The position numbers were made by a program, and so were the translations under genes. The notes beneath the pieces are model-generated. The model had not been told where the DNA came from, ran no database searches, and was given only the letters and a program-made list of their open reading frames with translations. Shown one piece after another: positions 1 to 9,823 of a stretch of 64,000 bases of DNA. The stretch is from contig DATLXN010000011.1 of assembly GCA_035575715.1 (NCBI GenBank), positions 6,354-70,353 on the forward strand, in the 5' to 3' direction. Source of the stretch: Vicinamibacterales bacterium (lineage in GTDB: Bacteria > Acidobacteriota > Vicinamibacteria > Vicinamibacterales > UBA2999). The stretch's first letter is position 1. Every line of letters begins with the position of its first letter.

Positions 1-225
1 GAGTTCGCGATCGGCACCAACATCGAGCTGACTCACGTCATCGGCCACATCCTGCAAGACGAGAAATTTCCTGGCATTCACATCGCGTTCGGCAATCCCT
101 ACGGCGCGCATACCGGGGCCGACTGGTACTCCGCGACGCACATTGATGTCGTCGGTACCCGCTTTGACATCTGGGTGGACGACGAACCGATCATGCGCGA
201 CGGGCGCTTCCTGATTACGGCGTGA
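1..225 (+). CDS. C-terminal fragment of an M29-family (aminopeptidase T/AmpS-like) aminopeptidase; the 5' end lies outside the window
   Basis: Frame 1 is open from base 1 to TGA 223-225. It reads EFAIGTNIELTHVIGHILQDEKFPGIHIAFGNPYGAHTGADWYSATHIDVV, which resembles the conserved C-terminal metal-site region of M29 peptidases. The stop overlaps the next GTG start (GTGA). Confidence 0.55.
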   Translation, partial: EFAIGTNIELTHVIGHILQDEKFPGIHIAFGNPYGAHTGADWYSATHIDVVGTRFDIWVDDEPIMRDGRFLITA

Positions 226-1403
226 TCCCCGACCTGCGCCGCGCGTTCAACGCCGCGTGGAGTGACGCCCAGTACGCGACGTTTCTGACGACGCTGCACT
301 CGCGGATTGGCGCGAAGGTGGAGTTCCCGGTCTCGGAGACGCCGTGCTTTTTTCCGCAAGCGGTGATTGACGACCTCGCCGCGGCCGGTGCGGATTTGAT
401 CCGGCAGTCGATGGCCGGCGAGGCGGCGCGCGCTGGGGCGGCGGTGGTCCCAGAGCAGTTTCGCAGCGGCCAGGCCGGCGCGGTTCCGACGTTTCTACAG
501 GTCGATTTTGGCCTCGCCCGTAGCGCTGACGGCGGGCTCGAGCCCAAGCTGGTCGAACTGCAGGCCTTTCCCTCGCTCTACGCTTTCCAAACGGCGCTGG
601 CCGATGCGTACCAGTCGGCCTTCGTATTGCCGGCGTCGTTGAACCGTTACCTGTCCGGCCTCACGGAAGATTCCTACCGGACGTTGCTGCGCGACGCAAT
701 CACCGGCGGACACGATCCGAAAGAAACCGTGCTGATGGAGATCGAGCCGGATCGACAGAAGACGCGGCCGGATTTCCTGCTCACCGAACAGATCTGGGGC
801 GTCGGTGCCGTCGATACCACTGCTGTGATCAAAGAGGGCCGGCAGTTATTTTACCGCCGCGACGGCCGCAAGACCCTGATCCGTCGGATCTACAACCGCG
901 TCATCCCAGACGAACTGGTGCGCAAGAACATCACGCTGCCGTTCGACTACCGCGACGATCTCGATGTCGAATGGACCGGGCACCCCGAGTGGTATTTCCG
1001 GATCAGCAAGTTTTCGATTCCGTTCTTGAAACATCCGTCGGTGCCGCGGACCTGGTTCCTCAATGAAGTCAACGGTCTGCCGGAGGCACGCGAGCGGCTC
1101 CTGCTGAAACCGCTGTTTTCGTTTGCCGGCGGCGGAATCGTCTTTGCGCCGACCGATGCGCAGTTGGCAGCGGTCCCGGCCGATCAACGCGACCAGTACA
1201 TCTTGCAGGAGCGGATCGATTTTGCGCCGGTGATCGACACCCCGTACGGTCCGACCCAAGCCGAGATCCGGATGATGTATGTGTGGACCGATCAGCTCCG
1301 CGCCGTGTTGCCGTTGGTGCGCATGGGCCGCGGCATGATGATGGGAGTCGATCATAACAAGGGCCTTCGCTGGGTCGGCGCGTCGGCAGGCCTCGTCGCT
1401 TAA
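222..1403 (+). CDS. conserved hypothetical protein (393 aa); function not recognisable, possibly ATP-grasp-like
   Basis: Uninterrupted 393-codon ORF. It has a 4-nt start/stop overlap with the upstream peptidase gene. I could assign no diagnostic motif. Confidence 0.5.
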   Translation: MIPDLRRAFNAAWSDAQYATFLTTLHSRIGAKVEFPVSETPCFFPQAVIDDLAAAGADLIRQSMAGEAARAGAAVVPEQFRSGQAGAVPTFLQVDFGLARSADGGLEPKLVELQAFPSLYAFQTALADAYQSAFVLPASLNRYLSGLTEDSYRTLLRDAITGGHDPKETVLMEIEPDRQKTRPDFLLTEQIWGVGAVDTTAVIKEGRQLFYRRDGRKTLIRRIYNRVIPDELVRKNITLPFDYRDDLDVEWTGHPEWYFRISKFSIPFLKHPSVPRTWFLNEVNGLPEARERLLLKPLFSFAGGGIVFAPTDAQLAAVPADQRDQYILQERIDFAPVIDTPYGPTQAEIRMMYVWTDQLRAVLPLVRMGRGMMMGVDHNKGLRWVGASAGLVA

Positions 1404-1431
1404 GACACGCAGAGGCGCGCATCTGCGTCAT

Positions 1432-2112
1432 CTAAGTGTCCAGCACGTCGGCAGGGGCGCCAGCCCTGTGCACGCGGCCGTCGCCAATCACCAGGACCCG
1501 ATCAGCAATCTGCGATAACTCCGCTGCGTCGTGCGTGACATAGATCAACGGGATGTGCCACTCGCGGCGAATGCGCAGCAGGTACGGCAGAATGCGGTCG
1601 CGCCGACCGCGATCGACGGCGGCGAGCGGTTCGTCCAGAAGCAGCAAGGCCGGCTGCGTCATCAGGGCGCGGCCCAAAGCCACGCGCTGGCGTTCGCCGC
1701 CCGACAATCCTTGAATTCGACGATCGAGCAACGGCACGATCTCCAACATTGCCGCGACGCTGTCGAGATCCGTGGTGACCGGCGACCGGCGAACGGCGAC
1801 CGGTGGTGTTCCGTAGGCCAGGTTCCCCCGCACCGTCAGATGGGGAAACAGCAGCGAATCTTGCGGGACATAGCCGATGCGACGATCGCGCGCCGGCAGA
1901 TTAATCCGCTGCGAAGAGGAAAACAACGTCGTCGCCCCAACCGTGAGTTCACCGCGTGTCGGCGCGCGGAGACCGGCAATGCTTTCGAGCAGCGTCGTTT
2001 TGCCCGCGCCTGACGGACCGAACAGCCCGAGCACCTCGACGCGGGAGGTATCGGCAATGTCGAGCACGAAGTCGCCCTGCTGGATCAGCAACTCGAACGC
2101 GAGATCGATCAT
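1432..2112 (-). CDS. modC: molybdate-type ABC transporter ATP-binding subunit (short form, no C-terminal TOBE domain)
   Basis: Walker A GPSGAGKTTLL, signature LSGGERQRVALGRAL, Walker B LLLLDEPL, H-loop YVTHD. It is the last gene of a three-gene operon with 4-nt overlaps. Confidence 0.8.
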   Translation of the reverse strand: MIDLAFELLIQQGDFVLDIADTSRVEVLGLFGPSGAGKTTLLESIAGLRAPTRGELTVGATTLFSSSQRINLPARDRRIGYVPQDSLLFPHLTVRGNLAYGTPPVAVRRSPVTTDLDSVAAMLEIVPLLDRRIQGLSGGERQRVALGRALMTQPALLLLDEPLAAVDRGRRDRILPYLLRIRREWHIPLIYVTHDAAELSQIADRVLVIGDGRVHRAGAPADVLDT

Positions 2113-2777
2113 GCCGTGCGCCGCCGCAGGACATGATGCGACGCGAACATCGCGATGAAGGCGAGCGCCACCGACAGCATCAACAAGCCCATCGCTTCGT
2201 CGTCGCGGCCAATTTCCGTGAAGCGATAGATCGCGACCGACAGCGTTTCGGTCTGGCCGGGAATGCCGCCGGCCACCATGATCGTCGCACCAAATTCACC
2301 AAGCGCACGCGCGAACCCGAGCAGTGCGGCAGCAATCACGCTGCGTCCGGCCAATGGCAGGCTGACCGTGAAGAACACCCGCAGCGGACCCGCACCCAGC
2401 GAGCCGGCCATCTGTTCAAAGCGCGGATTCAGATGCTCGAAGCCGGCCTTTGCCGTCAGGACGATGAGCGGCAGACTCATCACCGCCATCGCAATCACCA
2501 CCGCTTTCCAGGTGAAGACGATATCGAGGCCGGCCGATTCCAGCGCGCGGCCCACCGGGCTGCGCCGGCCGAACAGCCGCAGCAGAATCAGGCCGGTCGC
2601 GACCGGGGGCATCACCAGGGGCAATGTCGCGAGCGTTTCGACCACCGAGCGGCCGGGAAATGCGCGCCGCGCCAGTAGCCAGCCCAGGGCAACACCAGGC
2701 GGCAACGCGACGACCGTCGCGAGCAGTGCCATCAGCGCACTGAAGCCGGCCAGCTCAATCGCGTTCTCGGGCATCAC
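2109..2777 (-). CDS. modB: molybdate ABC transporter permease
   Basis: 222-aa polytopic membrane protein with an EAA-type loop (EQMAGSLGAGPLRVFFTVSLPLA). It overlaps both modA and modC by 4 nt. Confidence 0.8.
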   Translation of the reverse strand: MMPENAIELAGFSALMALLATVVALPPGVALGWLLARRAFPGRSVVETLATLPLVMPPVATGLILLRLFGRRSPVGRALESAGLDIVFTWKAVVIAMAVMSLPLIVLTAKAGFEHLNPRFEQMAGSLGAGPLRVFFTVSLPLAGRSVIAAALLGFARALGEFGATIMVAGGIPGQTETLSVAIYRFTEIGRDDEAMGLLMLSVALAFIAMFASHHVLRRRTA

Positions 2778-3541
2778 CGGGGCAGGCGGAAGCCGGCGTC
2801 GAGAAATACGCGACGCGCTGCGTCAGTCGTCAGAAAGGCAATCAGCGCGCGCGCGTTCAGTTCGTCGCCACCCGCGACCACTGCCGCCGGATAGAGGATC
2901 TCGGGCGCTTCGCCATCCGGCACCGCGTGACTGACCCGCACCGCCGGTTGAGTGGCGGCGTCGGTGGCGTAGACGATGCCCGCCTGGACATGGCCTTCGC
3001 GCACGGCCGCCATCGCTGCCGGACTACTCGGCGACGGGATCACCTTCGGAGCAACCGCGCGCCACAGATCGAGGCGCTCGAGCCATTGCCGGCCATAGAC
3101 GCCAGCCGGCACGGCGCCCGGGTCGGCCATCGCAATTCGCGTCACCGCCGCAGATCCAAGGTCGCGCGGGCCAACCGCGGTCGGTGAATCCGCCGGGACG
3201 ACGATCACCAACTGATTGCTCAGGACATTCACCCGCGACCCGTCGACCAGTCGGCCGGCCCGTTCGACCAGATCCATCTGCGCCGAGTCGGCACTGAGGA
3301 AGACGTCAACCGCCAGGCCCTCTCCGATCTGCCGCGCCAGGGCATTGGACCCACCAAAGTTGAAACGAACCGGCCGACCGCCTTGCGCAGCAAACTCCGC
3401 ACCGGCACGCGGCAGGACGTTACTGAGGCTCGCCGCCGCAGCGACCATCAGCGGGCGCGAATCGACAGCCCGGTCGACGCAGCCGCATCCCAAGGACACC
3501 CCGATCGCCAGCGTCACGGCATAAATCGTCGCCAGAGGCAT
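2774..3541 (-). CDS. modA: periplasmic molybdate-binding protein
   Basis: Signal/lipoprotein-like N-terminus. ModA-like motifs FNFGGSNALARQI, VFLSAD and GIVYATDA. First gene of the modABC operon. Confidence 0.75.
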   Translation of the reverse strand: MPLATIYAVTLAIGVSLGCGCVDRAVDSRPLMVAAAASLSNVLPRAGAEFAAQGGRPVRFNFGGSNALARQIGEGLAVDVFLSADSAQMDLVERAGRLVDGSRVNVLSNQLVIVVPADSPTAVGPRDLGSAAVTRIAMADPGAVPAGVYGRQWLERLDLWRAVAPKVIPSPSSPAAMAAVREGHVQAGIVYATDAATQPAVRVSHAVPDGEAPEILYPAAVVAGGDELNARALIAFLTTDAARRVFLDAGFRLPR

Positions 3542-3597
3542 AGCAAACAGTTTAGTATCAGTTGCGTCGTTTTTGACTACGCTTTAAGTCGTTTTTT

Positions 3598-4056
3598 GTG
3601 GTCTTTACACCTATGCAACTTCTCACTGCACGCGCTGCCGCCGCCGAACTGGGCGTGACCTACTCCACCCTCAAACGCTGGATCCATCGGGGGTCGCTAC
3701 GCACCGTGCGGACCGAGGGCGGCCATCACCGCATCCCGGCGGGTGAAGTCGAACGCATGCTGGCGGCCTCAGGGACACCGCCCAAACGGCGCGCCCAGCC
3801 GGCACCCGGCGGCGTGCTCGTCGCCCTCAGCGGCCGCAATCAGATTCGTGGCGTGGTCGATGAAATCCGCACCGACGGCCTGCTCGCCCAGATCCGCCTG
3901 CGCATTGGCGATCAGACCCTGACCGCGGTCATCACCCGCGACGCCGTTCGCGAGCTCAAGCTGCGCCGCGGCGACGAGGCGGTCGCGGTGATCAAGTCCA
4001 CCGATGTGATGGTCGGCAGGAGTACAATCGCGGCCCGCAACAGGGAGGATTCATGA
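3598..4056 (+). CDS. HTH (MerR/excisionase-type) plus TOBE/Mop domain regulator, probably molybdate-responsive
   Basis: N-terminal HTH (AAAELGVTYSTLKRWIHRGSL...GGHHRI). C-terminal Mop/TOBE-like segment (SGRNQIRGVVDEIRTDGLLAQIRLRIGDQTLTAVIT...AVAVIKSTDVMV). Transcribed divergently from modA. The start could also be the ATG at 3613. Confidence 0.7.
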   Translation: MVFTPMQLLTARAAAAELGVTYSTLKRWIHRGSLRTVRTEGGHHRIPAGEVERMLAASGTPPKRRAQPAPGGVLVALSGRNQIRGVVDEIRTDGLLAQIRLRIGDQTLTAVITRDAVRELKLRRGDEAVAVIKSTDVMVGRSTIAARNREDS

Positions 4057-6086
4057 AACGCATTCTGTCGGCTCTTGCGTTGGCGTTGATGCCGACGCTC
4101 ATCGCGGCCCAGTCACCCGCCTCCGATCGCCTGACCGTCGACCTCTATCTCGAATACGAGACCGTGTCCGAGCCGCAGTTGTCACCTGACGCGTCCCAGA
4201 TCATCTATACCCGCCAGTGGGTCGACAAGCAGAACGACCGGCGCGAATCGTCGCTGTGGGTGATGAACGCCGACGGCTCGAAGAATCGCTTCCTGGTCCG
4301 CGGTAGCGGCGCCAGATGGTCGCCTACCGGCGACCGCATTGTCTACACCGCGCAGGGCGAGCCACGCGGCACGCAGATCTTCGTCCGTTATATGGACGCC
4401 GAAGGCGCCGCGTCGCAGATCACCCGCGTCGACAAAGCCCCAACGGCGTTCGCGTGGTCACCGGACGGGACCAAGATCGGCTTCGCGATGAACGTCGAGG
4501 CCAAGAACGCCTGGCCAATCAAAATGCCGCGCGCCCCCGAAGGCGCCAAGTGGGTCGAGACCCCGCGCATCGTCGAACGCCTCGACTACCGCTCTGACGG
4601 CACCGGCTACGACGATGACGCGTATCGACACATTTTTGTGGTGCCGGCCACTGGTGGCACGCCACGGCAGCTGACCGACGGCGACTGGAATCACAACGGC
4701 GTGACCTGGACGCCTGACAGCAAACAAATCCTGTTTGGCTCGATGCGCGTCGCGGACGCGGAATATCAGTGGCGCGAGTCGGATATCTACTCAGTGCAGG
4801 TCGACACCGGCGCGATCAAACAATTGACCACGCGCAAGGGCCCTGACGGTAATCCGGTAGTGTCCCCGGACGGCAAACGCGTCGCCTACACCGGCAACGA
4901 TTGGTCAAAGGACACCTGGCAGGACAGCAAGCTCTATGTGATGAATATCGATGGCACCAACCATCGCTTGATCTCAGGGACCTGGGATCGCTCGCCACAG
5001 AGCGTGATGTGGAAGCCCGACGGCAACGGCGTCTACTTCACCGCACAGGATCAGGGCTCGCAGAATCTCTACTTCCTGCCCATGGCCGGCGAACGGACCG
5101 ACGACGTGCAGTCGGTGACGCGCGGCACGCACATGCTGACCACGTCGAGTGTGGCCAGGGGCAAAGCGGTGGGGGTGTTGACCTCGCCGTCACTACCGCC
5201 CGACATCGTCGCATTCGACATTGCCGCGCCGCAGCAGATGAAGCAGTTGACCAATGTCAACGAAGACATCCTGGCCGGCAAGAAGCTCGGCGAGGTGAAG
5301 GAGATGTGGTACACCTCGGCCGACGGCCTGAAGATTCAAGGCTGGTACATCACGCCGCCGGACTTCGATGCAGCGAAGAAGTATCCGATGCAGCTGCATA
5401 TTCACGGGGGCCCGCACAGCATGTACGGCGTCGGCTTCAATTACGGCTGGCAGGAACACGCGGCCAACGGCTACGTGGTCCTTTACACCAATCCGCGTGG
5501 CAGCACCGGCTACGGCAGTTCGTTCGGCAACCAGATCATGCGTGCGTATCCGAGCAAGGATTATGACGATTTGATGGCCGGCGTCGACGAACTCCTGAAA
5601 AAGGGATTTGTCGATCCGCGCAACATGTTTGTCACCGGCTGCAGCGGCGGCGGCGTGCTGACTGCGTGGATCGTCGGAAAGACCGATCGATTTGCCGCGG
5701 CGTCGGCAAACTGCCCGGTCATCGACTGGATGAGTTTTGTCGGCACCACCGACGGCGCCAGCTGGTACTACAACTTCGAGAAGCTGCCGTGGGAGGATCC
5801 GTCGGAACATATCCGGCGATCGCCGCTGACCTACGTCGGCAACGTCAAGACGCCGACGATGCTGATGACCGGCGTGCAGGATTTGCGGACGCCAATGCCG
5901 CAGACCGAGCAGTTCTACAGCGCGTTGAAATTACGCAAGGTCCCGACGGCGATGATTCGCTTCAACGACGAGTGGCACGGCACGACGTCGAGGCCGTCAA
6001 ACTTCATGCGGACGCAGTTGTACTTGCGGCATTGGTTCGACAAGTACAAGCGGATGCCGGTGACCACGTCCACCGCACAACAATAA
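4053..6086 (+). CDS. secreted S9-family serine peptidase (beta-propeller plus prolyl-oligopeptidase-type catalytic domain)
   Basis: Signal peptide MKRILSALALALMPTLIAAQ. TolB-like propeller repeats (SPDGxxI). Nucleophile elbow GCSGGG, with downstream acidic and His candidates (DLRTP, EWHG). ATGA overlap with the upstream regulator gene. Confidence 0.8.
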   Translation: MKRILSALALALMPTLIAAQSPASDRLTVDLYLEYETVSEPQLSPDASQIIYTRQWVDKQNDRRESSLWVMNADGSKNRFLVRGSGARWSPTGDRIVYTAQGEPRGTQIFVRYMDAEGAASQITRVDKAPTAFAWSPDGTKIGFAMNVEAKNAWPIKMPRAPEGAKWVETPRIVERLDYRSDGTGYDDDAYRHIFVVPATGGTPRQLTDGDWNHNGVTWTPDSKQILFGSMRVADAEYQWRESDIYSVQVDTGAIKQLTTRKGPDGNPVVSPDGKRVAYTGNDWSKDTWQDSKLYVMNIDGTNHRLISGTWDRSPQSVMWKPDGNGVYFTAQDQGSQNLYFLPMAGERTDDVQSVTRGTHMLTTSSVARGKAVGVLTSPSLPPDIVAFDIAAPQQMKQLTNVNEDILAGKKLGEVKEMWYTSADGLKIQGWYITPPDFDAAKKYPMQLHIHGGPHSMYGVGFNYGWQEHAANGYVVLYTNPRGSTGYGSSFGNQIMRAYPSKDYDDLMAGVDELLKKGFVDPRNMFVTGCSGGGVLTAWIVGKTDRFAAASANCPVIDWMSFVGTTDGASWYYNFEKLPWEDPSEHIRRSPLTYVGNVKTPTMLMTGVQDLRTPMPQTEQFYSALKLRKVPTAMIRFNDEWHGTTSRPSNFMRTQLYLRHWFDKYKRMPVTTSTAQQ

Positions 6087-6157
6087 ACAAGCCACACCCC
6101 TTTCTGCCTAATCCCTTGCGTCCCGTAAGCGTAGTCAGATAGGCTTGAGAGCGTTCC

Positions 6158-6229
6158 ATGGCGTTTGTTCACCACCACCTCGTCCATCATCACCGTTCCC
6201 CGAACGGGTGGGCCAAGGTGCGCGTGTAA
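6158..6229 (+). promoter_or_regulatory. candidate his-operon leader peptide ORF (MAFVHHHLVHHHRSPNGWAKVRV)
   Basis: ATG 6158 to TAA 6227-6229, 23 codons. Six are His, in two runs of three (6170-6178 and 6185-6193). A purine patch GAGAG lies at 6147-6151. The ORF is followed by a terminator that abuts hisI. Confidence 0.6.
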
Positions 6230-6260
6230 CGAACCGAACACGTTTTTTAGTCACGCAACA

Positions 6261-6290
6261 GGCCCGCCCACCGGCGGGCCTTTTTTATTT
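6261..6290 (+). terminator. intrinsic terminator / attenuator hairpin 11 nt upstream of the hisI start
   Basis: GGCCCGCC (6261-6268), loop CACC, GGCGGGCC (6273-6280), then TTTTTTATTT (6281-6290). GGGTGGGCC at 6206-6214 is complementary to 6261-6269 and is a possible antiterminator. Confidence 0.75.
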
Positions 6291-6301
6291 GAGCAAGGGA
6301 C

Positions 6302-6619
6302 ATGGACTTCACAAAACTCGACGGCTTGATTCCGGCCGTGGTGCAGGACAACGACAGCGGCGAAGTGCTGATGGTCGGCTTCATGAACGACCAGGCGTGG
6401 GACCTCACCCAGCAGACCGGTTACGTGACCTTTTTCAGCCGTACGCGCAACCGGCTGTGGACCAAAGGTGAAACCTCGGGCAATCGTCTCGCCGTTAAAC
6501 AGCTGTTCATCGATTGCGATGAGGACACGGTTCTGATCAAGGCGGCGCGAGAAGGCGACGGCAATGTTTGCCATACCGGCGAACGGTCCTGTTTTTATAC
6601 CGAGGTCAAGACGCGATGA
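6302..6619 (+). CDS. hisI: phosphoribosyl-AMP cyclohydrolase (monofunctional)
   Basis: 105 aa with [26 protein letters not shown] and CHTGERSCF motifs. ATGA overlap with hisG. Confidence 0.9.
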   Translation: MDFTKLDGLIPAVVQDNDSGEVLMVGFMNDQAWDLTQQTGYVTFFSRTRNRLWTKGETSGNRLAVKQLFIDCDEDTVLIKAAREGDGNVCHTGERSCFYTEVKTR

Positions 6620-7503
6620 AGCTGCGGTTAGGTATCCCCAAGGGTTCGCTCGAAGCATCGACGGTGCAGCTGTTCCAGCGCGCCGGCTTCAACATCCTGG
6701 TCAGCTCGCGTTCGTATTTTCCGTCGATCGATGATCCGGAAATCGAATGCATGCTGATTCGCGCGCAGGAGATGGCACGCTATGTCGCGGACGGCGTCCT
6801 CGATGCCGGCCTGACCGGCATGGACTGGATCGCCGAGCATCAACTCGGGCACCCCGAACAGTCACCGCTGGTCTCGATCGCCGATCTGATTTACGCCAAG
6901 CAGAGTTTCGGCAAGGTTCGCTGGGTATTGGCGGCCCCGGACGACTCGCCCTTTCAAACCGCCGAGGACCTCAACGGCAAGCGGATTGCGACCGAATTGG
7001 TGCGCGTCACCAAAAATTACTTTACGCAAAAGGGTCTCAACGTCGATGTCGAGTTCTCGTGGGGCGCGACCGAGGTCAAACCGCCGGTGCTCGCTGATGC
7101 CATCGTCGAAGCGACCGAAACCGGTTCGACGCTGCGCGCCAATCGGCTGCGCATTCTCGATACGGTGACCGAATCCAACACCCAGTTAATCGCCAACGAC
7201 AGCGCTCTGCGAGATGCCTGGAAGCGAACCAAGCTGGAAAACATCGCGCTGCTGCTCAAGGCGGCGATCGAGGCACAAGGCCGCGTCGGGCTGATGCTCA
7301 ACGTCAAACAAACCGATCTGCTGTCGATCCTGGCGCTGCTGCCGGCGTTGCAGCGTCCGACAATTTCGTCACTCAGCGATCCGGACTGGGTGGCGGTCAA
7401 TACGATTATCGAAGAACGCACCGTGCGCGATTTGATCCCGAAGATCAAGGCGGCCGGCGGCCAGGGCATCGTCGAATACCCACTGAATAAGATCGTGCTG
7501 TGA
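6616..7503 (+). CDS. hisG: ATP phosphoribosyltransferase, long form with C-terminal regulatory domain
   Basis: The start was moved to ATG 6616 ([13 protein letters not shown]), which overlaps the hisI stop. The track ORF begins at 6568, inside hisI. A HisG_C-like tail is present (GRVGLMLNV...[10 protein letters not shown]). Confidence 0.9.
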   Translation: MKLRLGIPKGSLEASTVQLFQRAGFNILVSSRSYFPSIDDPEIECMLIRAQEMARYVADGVLDAGLTGMDWIAEHQLGHPEQSPLVSIADLIYAKQSFGKVRWVLAAPDDSPFQTAEDLNGKRIATELVRVTKNYFTQKGLNVDVEFSWGATEVKPPVLADAIVEATETGSTLRANRLRILDTVTESNTQLIANDSALRDAWKRTKLENIALLLKAAIEAQGRVGLMLNVKQTDLLSILALLPALQRPTISSLSDPDWVAVNTIIEERTVRDLIPKIKAAGGQGIVEYPLNKIVL

Positions 7504-8744
7504 TGCTGCGCACTGTCTCGTCCTCCGATCACAAGGCGGTTGACGCGCTGCTGTCGCCGACCCGCGTGCGCGATCAGGCCATCGACCGTCGCGTGGCGAA
7601 GATCATTGAGGCGGTTCGCACGGATCCGGATCGGGCGCTGCGGCGCTACGCCACTGAACTGGACGGTCTGACCGGTCCAATCGAGATTCCGCGCGAGCAA
7701 TGGCGTGAACGCGCGAGCGGTGTCCCTCCGGCCGTCCGCGCCGCGCTGCGGCGCGCCGCGCAGAATATTCGCAAGGTCGCCCGGGCGCAGGTGCCGCGGG
7801 CGTTTCGGGCCACCGTCAGCCCGGGCGTCACCGTCGAACAGCGCGTCATTCCACTCGATCGCGTCGGCTGCTACGTCCCGGGCGGGCTCTACCCGCTGCC
7901 CTCGTCGCTGTTGATGACGGCCATTCCGGCGCGGATCGCGGGAGTAGGCGAGGTCATCGCCATTTCGCCGCGGCCGCATCCGGCGGTACTTGCGGCAGCG
8001 CTGGAGGCCGGCATCGATCGGTTTTTCCAGATTGGCGGTGCGCACGGGATCGCGGCGATGGCCTACGGCACGGGACTGGTGCCGCGGGTCGACAAGATTG
8101 TCGGTCCCGGTAATAAGTGGGTGTCGGCGGCGAAAGCGCAAGTCAGTGGCGATTGCGCGATCGACTTCTACGCCGGCCCAACCGAGATCCTGATCGTCGC
8201 CGCGAAAGGCCCGTCCGATTGGATCGCCGCCGATCTGATCGCGCAAGCGGAACACGACCCCGATGCGCGCGCGGTCCTGATCACGCCAAGCAAGCGGCTG
8301 GCGGCACAAGTGCGTCGCGATGTCGAGCGACTCGCCCCGACCGATGGCCCGGCGGTGTTGTCGCTGAAGGCACACGGCGGCATCATCGTCACTTCGTCAC
8401 TGAAAGAAGCGATGGCGTTGGCCAACACCGCGGCGCCCGAGCACCTGGTTGTCGAAAGCGAGGTTCTGGCGCGGCAGGTCCGGTGCGCGGGTGCGGTGTT
8501 CGTCGGCCGGTGGACGGCGCAGGTCGCCGGCGATTACGCCATCGGTTCGAATCACGTCTTGCCTACGGCGGGGGCCGCGCGCTTTCGCGGTGGCCTCAAC
8601 GCCGCCGACTATGTGCGTTTGGTGTCGGTGCAACGGGTGAGCAAAGCGGGACTGATGCGGATCGGGCGGACGGTGACCACCCTGGCGCGCGCTGAGGGCC
8701 TTGAAGGGCATGCACGTTCGATTGACACAAGGATGATGAAGTGA
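7500..8744 (+). CDS. hisD: histidinol dehydrogenase
   Basis: 414 aa with [16 protein letters not shown] and [13 protein letters not shown] motifs. 4-nt overlaps on both sides. Confidence 0.9.
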   Translation: MMLRTVSSSDHKAVDALLSPTRVRDQAIDRRVAKIIEAVRTDPDRALRRYATELDGLTGPIEIPREQWRERASGVPPAVRAALRRAAQNIRKVARAQVPRAFRATVSPGVTVEQRVIPLDRVGCYVPGGLYPLPSSLLMTAIPARIAGVGEVIAISPRPHPAVLAAALEAGIDRFFQIGGAHGIAAMAYGTGLVPRVDKIVGPGNKWVSAAKAQVSGDCAIDFYAGPTEILIVAAKGPSDWIAADLIAQAEHDPDARAVLITPSKRLAAQVRRDVERLAPTDGPAVLSLKAHGGIIVTSSLKEAMALANTAAPEHLVVESEVLARQVRCAGAVFVGRWTAQVAGDYAIGSNHVLPTAGAARFRGGLNAADYVRLVSVQRVSKAGLMRIGRTVTTLARAEGLEGHARSIDTRMMK

Positions 8745-9823
8745 GCACACCGCGCATTCAGGGCATTCCTGATTTCGGACCAGGCCTGCGGCTGCACTTG
8801 AACGAGAACACCGGCGGCTGCTCGCCAAAAGTCGTCGAGGCGGTCCGCGCGTTCGATGCACGTGGGCTCGCAACGTATCCGGATTACCGCGCGGCGGTGA
8901 TCGAGACTGCCGCGTATCTCGGCGTCGACCCCGACTGGCTGGTGCTCACCAACGGACTGGACGAAGGTGTGCTGTTGGTGGCTCTGGGTTACCTCGGCCA
9001 GTGCACGCCGGCACCGTTGGCCGCACTCGGCGCGTTATCGACCTCGCCACCCGCGCCAGCCGAAGTCGTGATGGCGATGCCGGCATTTGAAACCTACGTC
9101 ACCACTGCCAAAGCCATGGGCGCGACCATCGTCGCCGTGGCGCCGGAACCCGCGTATGCGTTTCCGGTCGACGCGGTCCTGGCCGCCGTCAACGAGAACA
9201 CGCGGCTGGTTTACATCAACAACCCGAATAATCCGACTGGCCAGCCGGTGGCCAAGGACGACATTCACCGGATCGCACGAGAGGCGTCGCACGCATTGGT
9301 GTTCGTCGACGAGGCGTATCACGACTTCCTGGGGGAGAATTTTCTGGACCAGGCGCGGCGCTACCCGAACGTGCTGATTGGCCGGACATTTTCAAAAGCG
9401 CATGGTCTGGCCGGCATGCGCGTCGGCGTGATGATCGCGCCGCCGGCAATCCTTGAACCGATCCGCGCCGTGATGCCGCTCTTCAATCTCAATGTCGTCG
9501 CCGTCAATGCCCTGCGGGCGGCGCTCAGCGACGGTGAATTCATGCCGTGGTCGGTCGCACAGGCGACGCAGTCGAAGCAGATGCTCTATGACCTGTGCGA
9601 TCGCGTCGGCCTTCGCTACTGGAAGAGTGCGGCGAACTTTGTGTTGATCGACGGTGGCCAACGCGCGCGGGAGTTGGTCGACGGGATGATTGCGCGCGGG
9701 GTGCTGGTGCGCGATCGGACCACGGATCCCTACTGCCCCAACTGCTTTCGGGTCACCGCCGGCGTCGTCGAGTACACCGAACAAGCCGTTGCGGCGCTGG
9801 AGGCGTTGTGCGCAAAGGCATAG
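8741..9823 (+). CDS. hisC: histidinol-phosphate aminotransferase
   Basis: [24 protein letters not shown] and [15 protein letters not shown] (PLP lysine). GTGA overlap with hisD. Confidence 0.9.
   Translation: MSTPRIQGIPDFGPGLRLHLNENTGGCSPKVVEAVRAFDARGLATYPDYRAAVIETAAYLGVDPDWLVLTNGLDEGVLLVALGYLGQCTPAPLAALGALSTSPPAPAEVVMAMPAFETYVTTAKAMGATIVAVAPEPAYAFPVDAVLAAVNENTRLVYINNPNNPTGQPVAKDDIHRIAREASHALVFVDEAYHDFLGENFLDQARRYPNVLIGRTFSKAHGLAGMRVGVMIAPPAILEPIRAVMPLFNLNVVAVNALRAALSDGEFMPWSVAQATQSKQMLYDLCDRVGLRYWKSAANFVLIDGGQRARELVDGMIARGVLVRDRTTDPYCPNCFRVTAGVVEYTEQAVAALEALCAKA

Noticed and set aside
3542-3597. Possible molybdenum-cofactor riboswitch or ModE box upstream of modA. GTCGTTTTT occurs twice, at 3566 and 3588.
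   Set aside because: The region is only 56 nt, too short for a Moco riboswitch. The direct repeat does not match my recall of the ModE TAYAT-type consensus, so the support is insufficient.
6116-6144. Candidate promoter for the his leader (TTGCGT at 6116-6121, 17-nt spacer, ATAGGC).
   Set aside because: The -10 hexamer matches the consensus poorly and I cannot evaluate lineage-specific promoter rules. It is left unannotated.
7017-8375. Very long antisense ORFs, including 7017-8375 (452 aa). Others are 12613-13596, 15016-16368, 20996-21919, 30425-31669, 34852-35865, 45222-46814 and 61116-62111.
   Set aside because: All lie opposite genes with strong motif support. Their translations are Arg/Gly/Ala/Pro-rich low-complexity sequence, which is typical of stop-codon-poor antisense frames in high-GC DNA. 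None has a recognisable motif.
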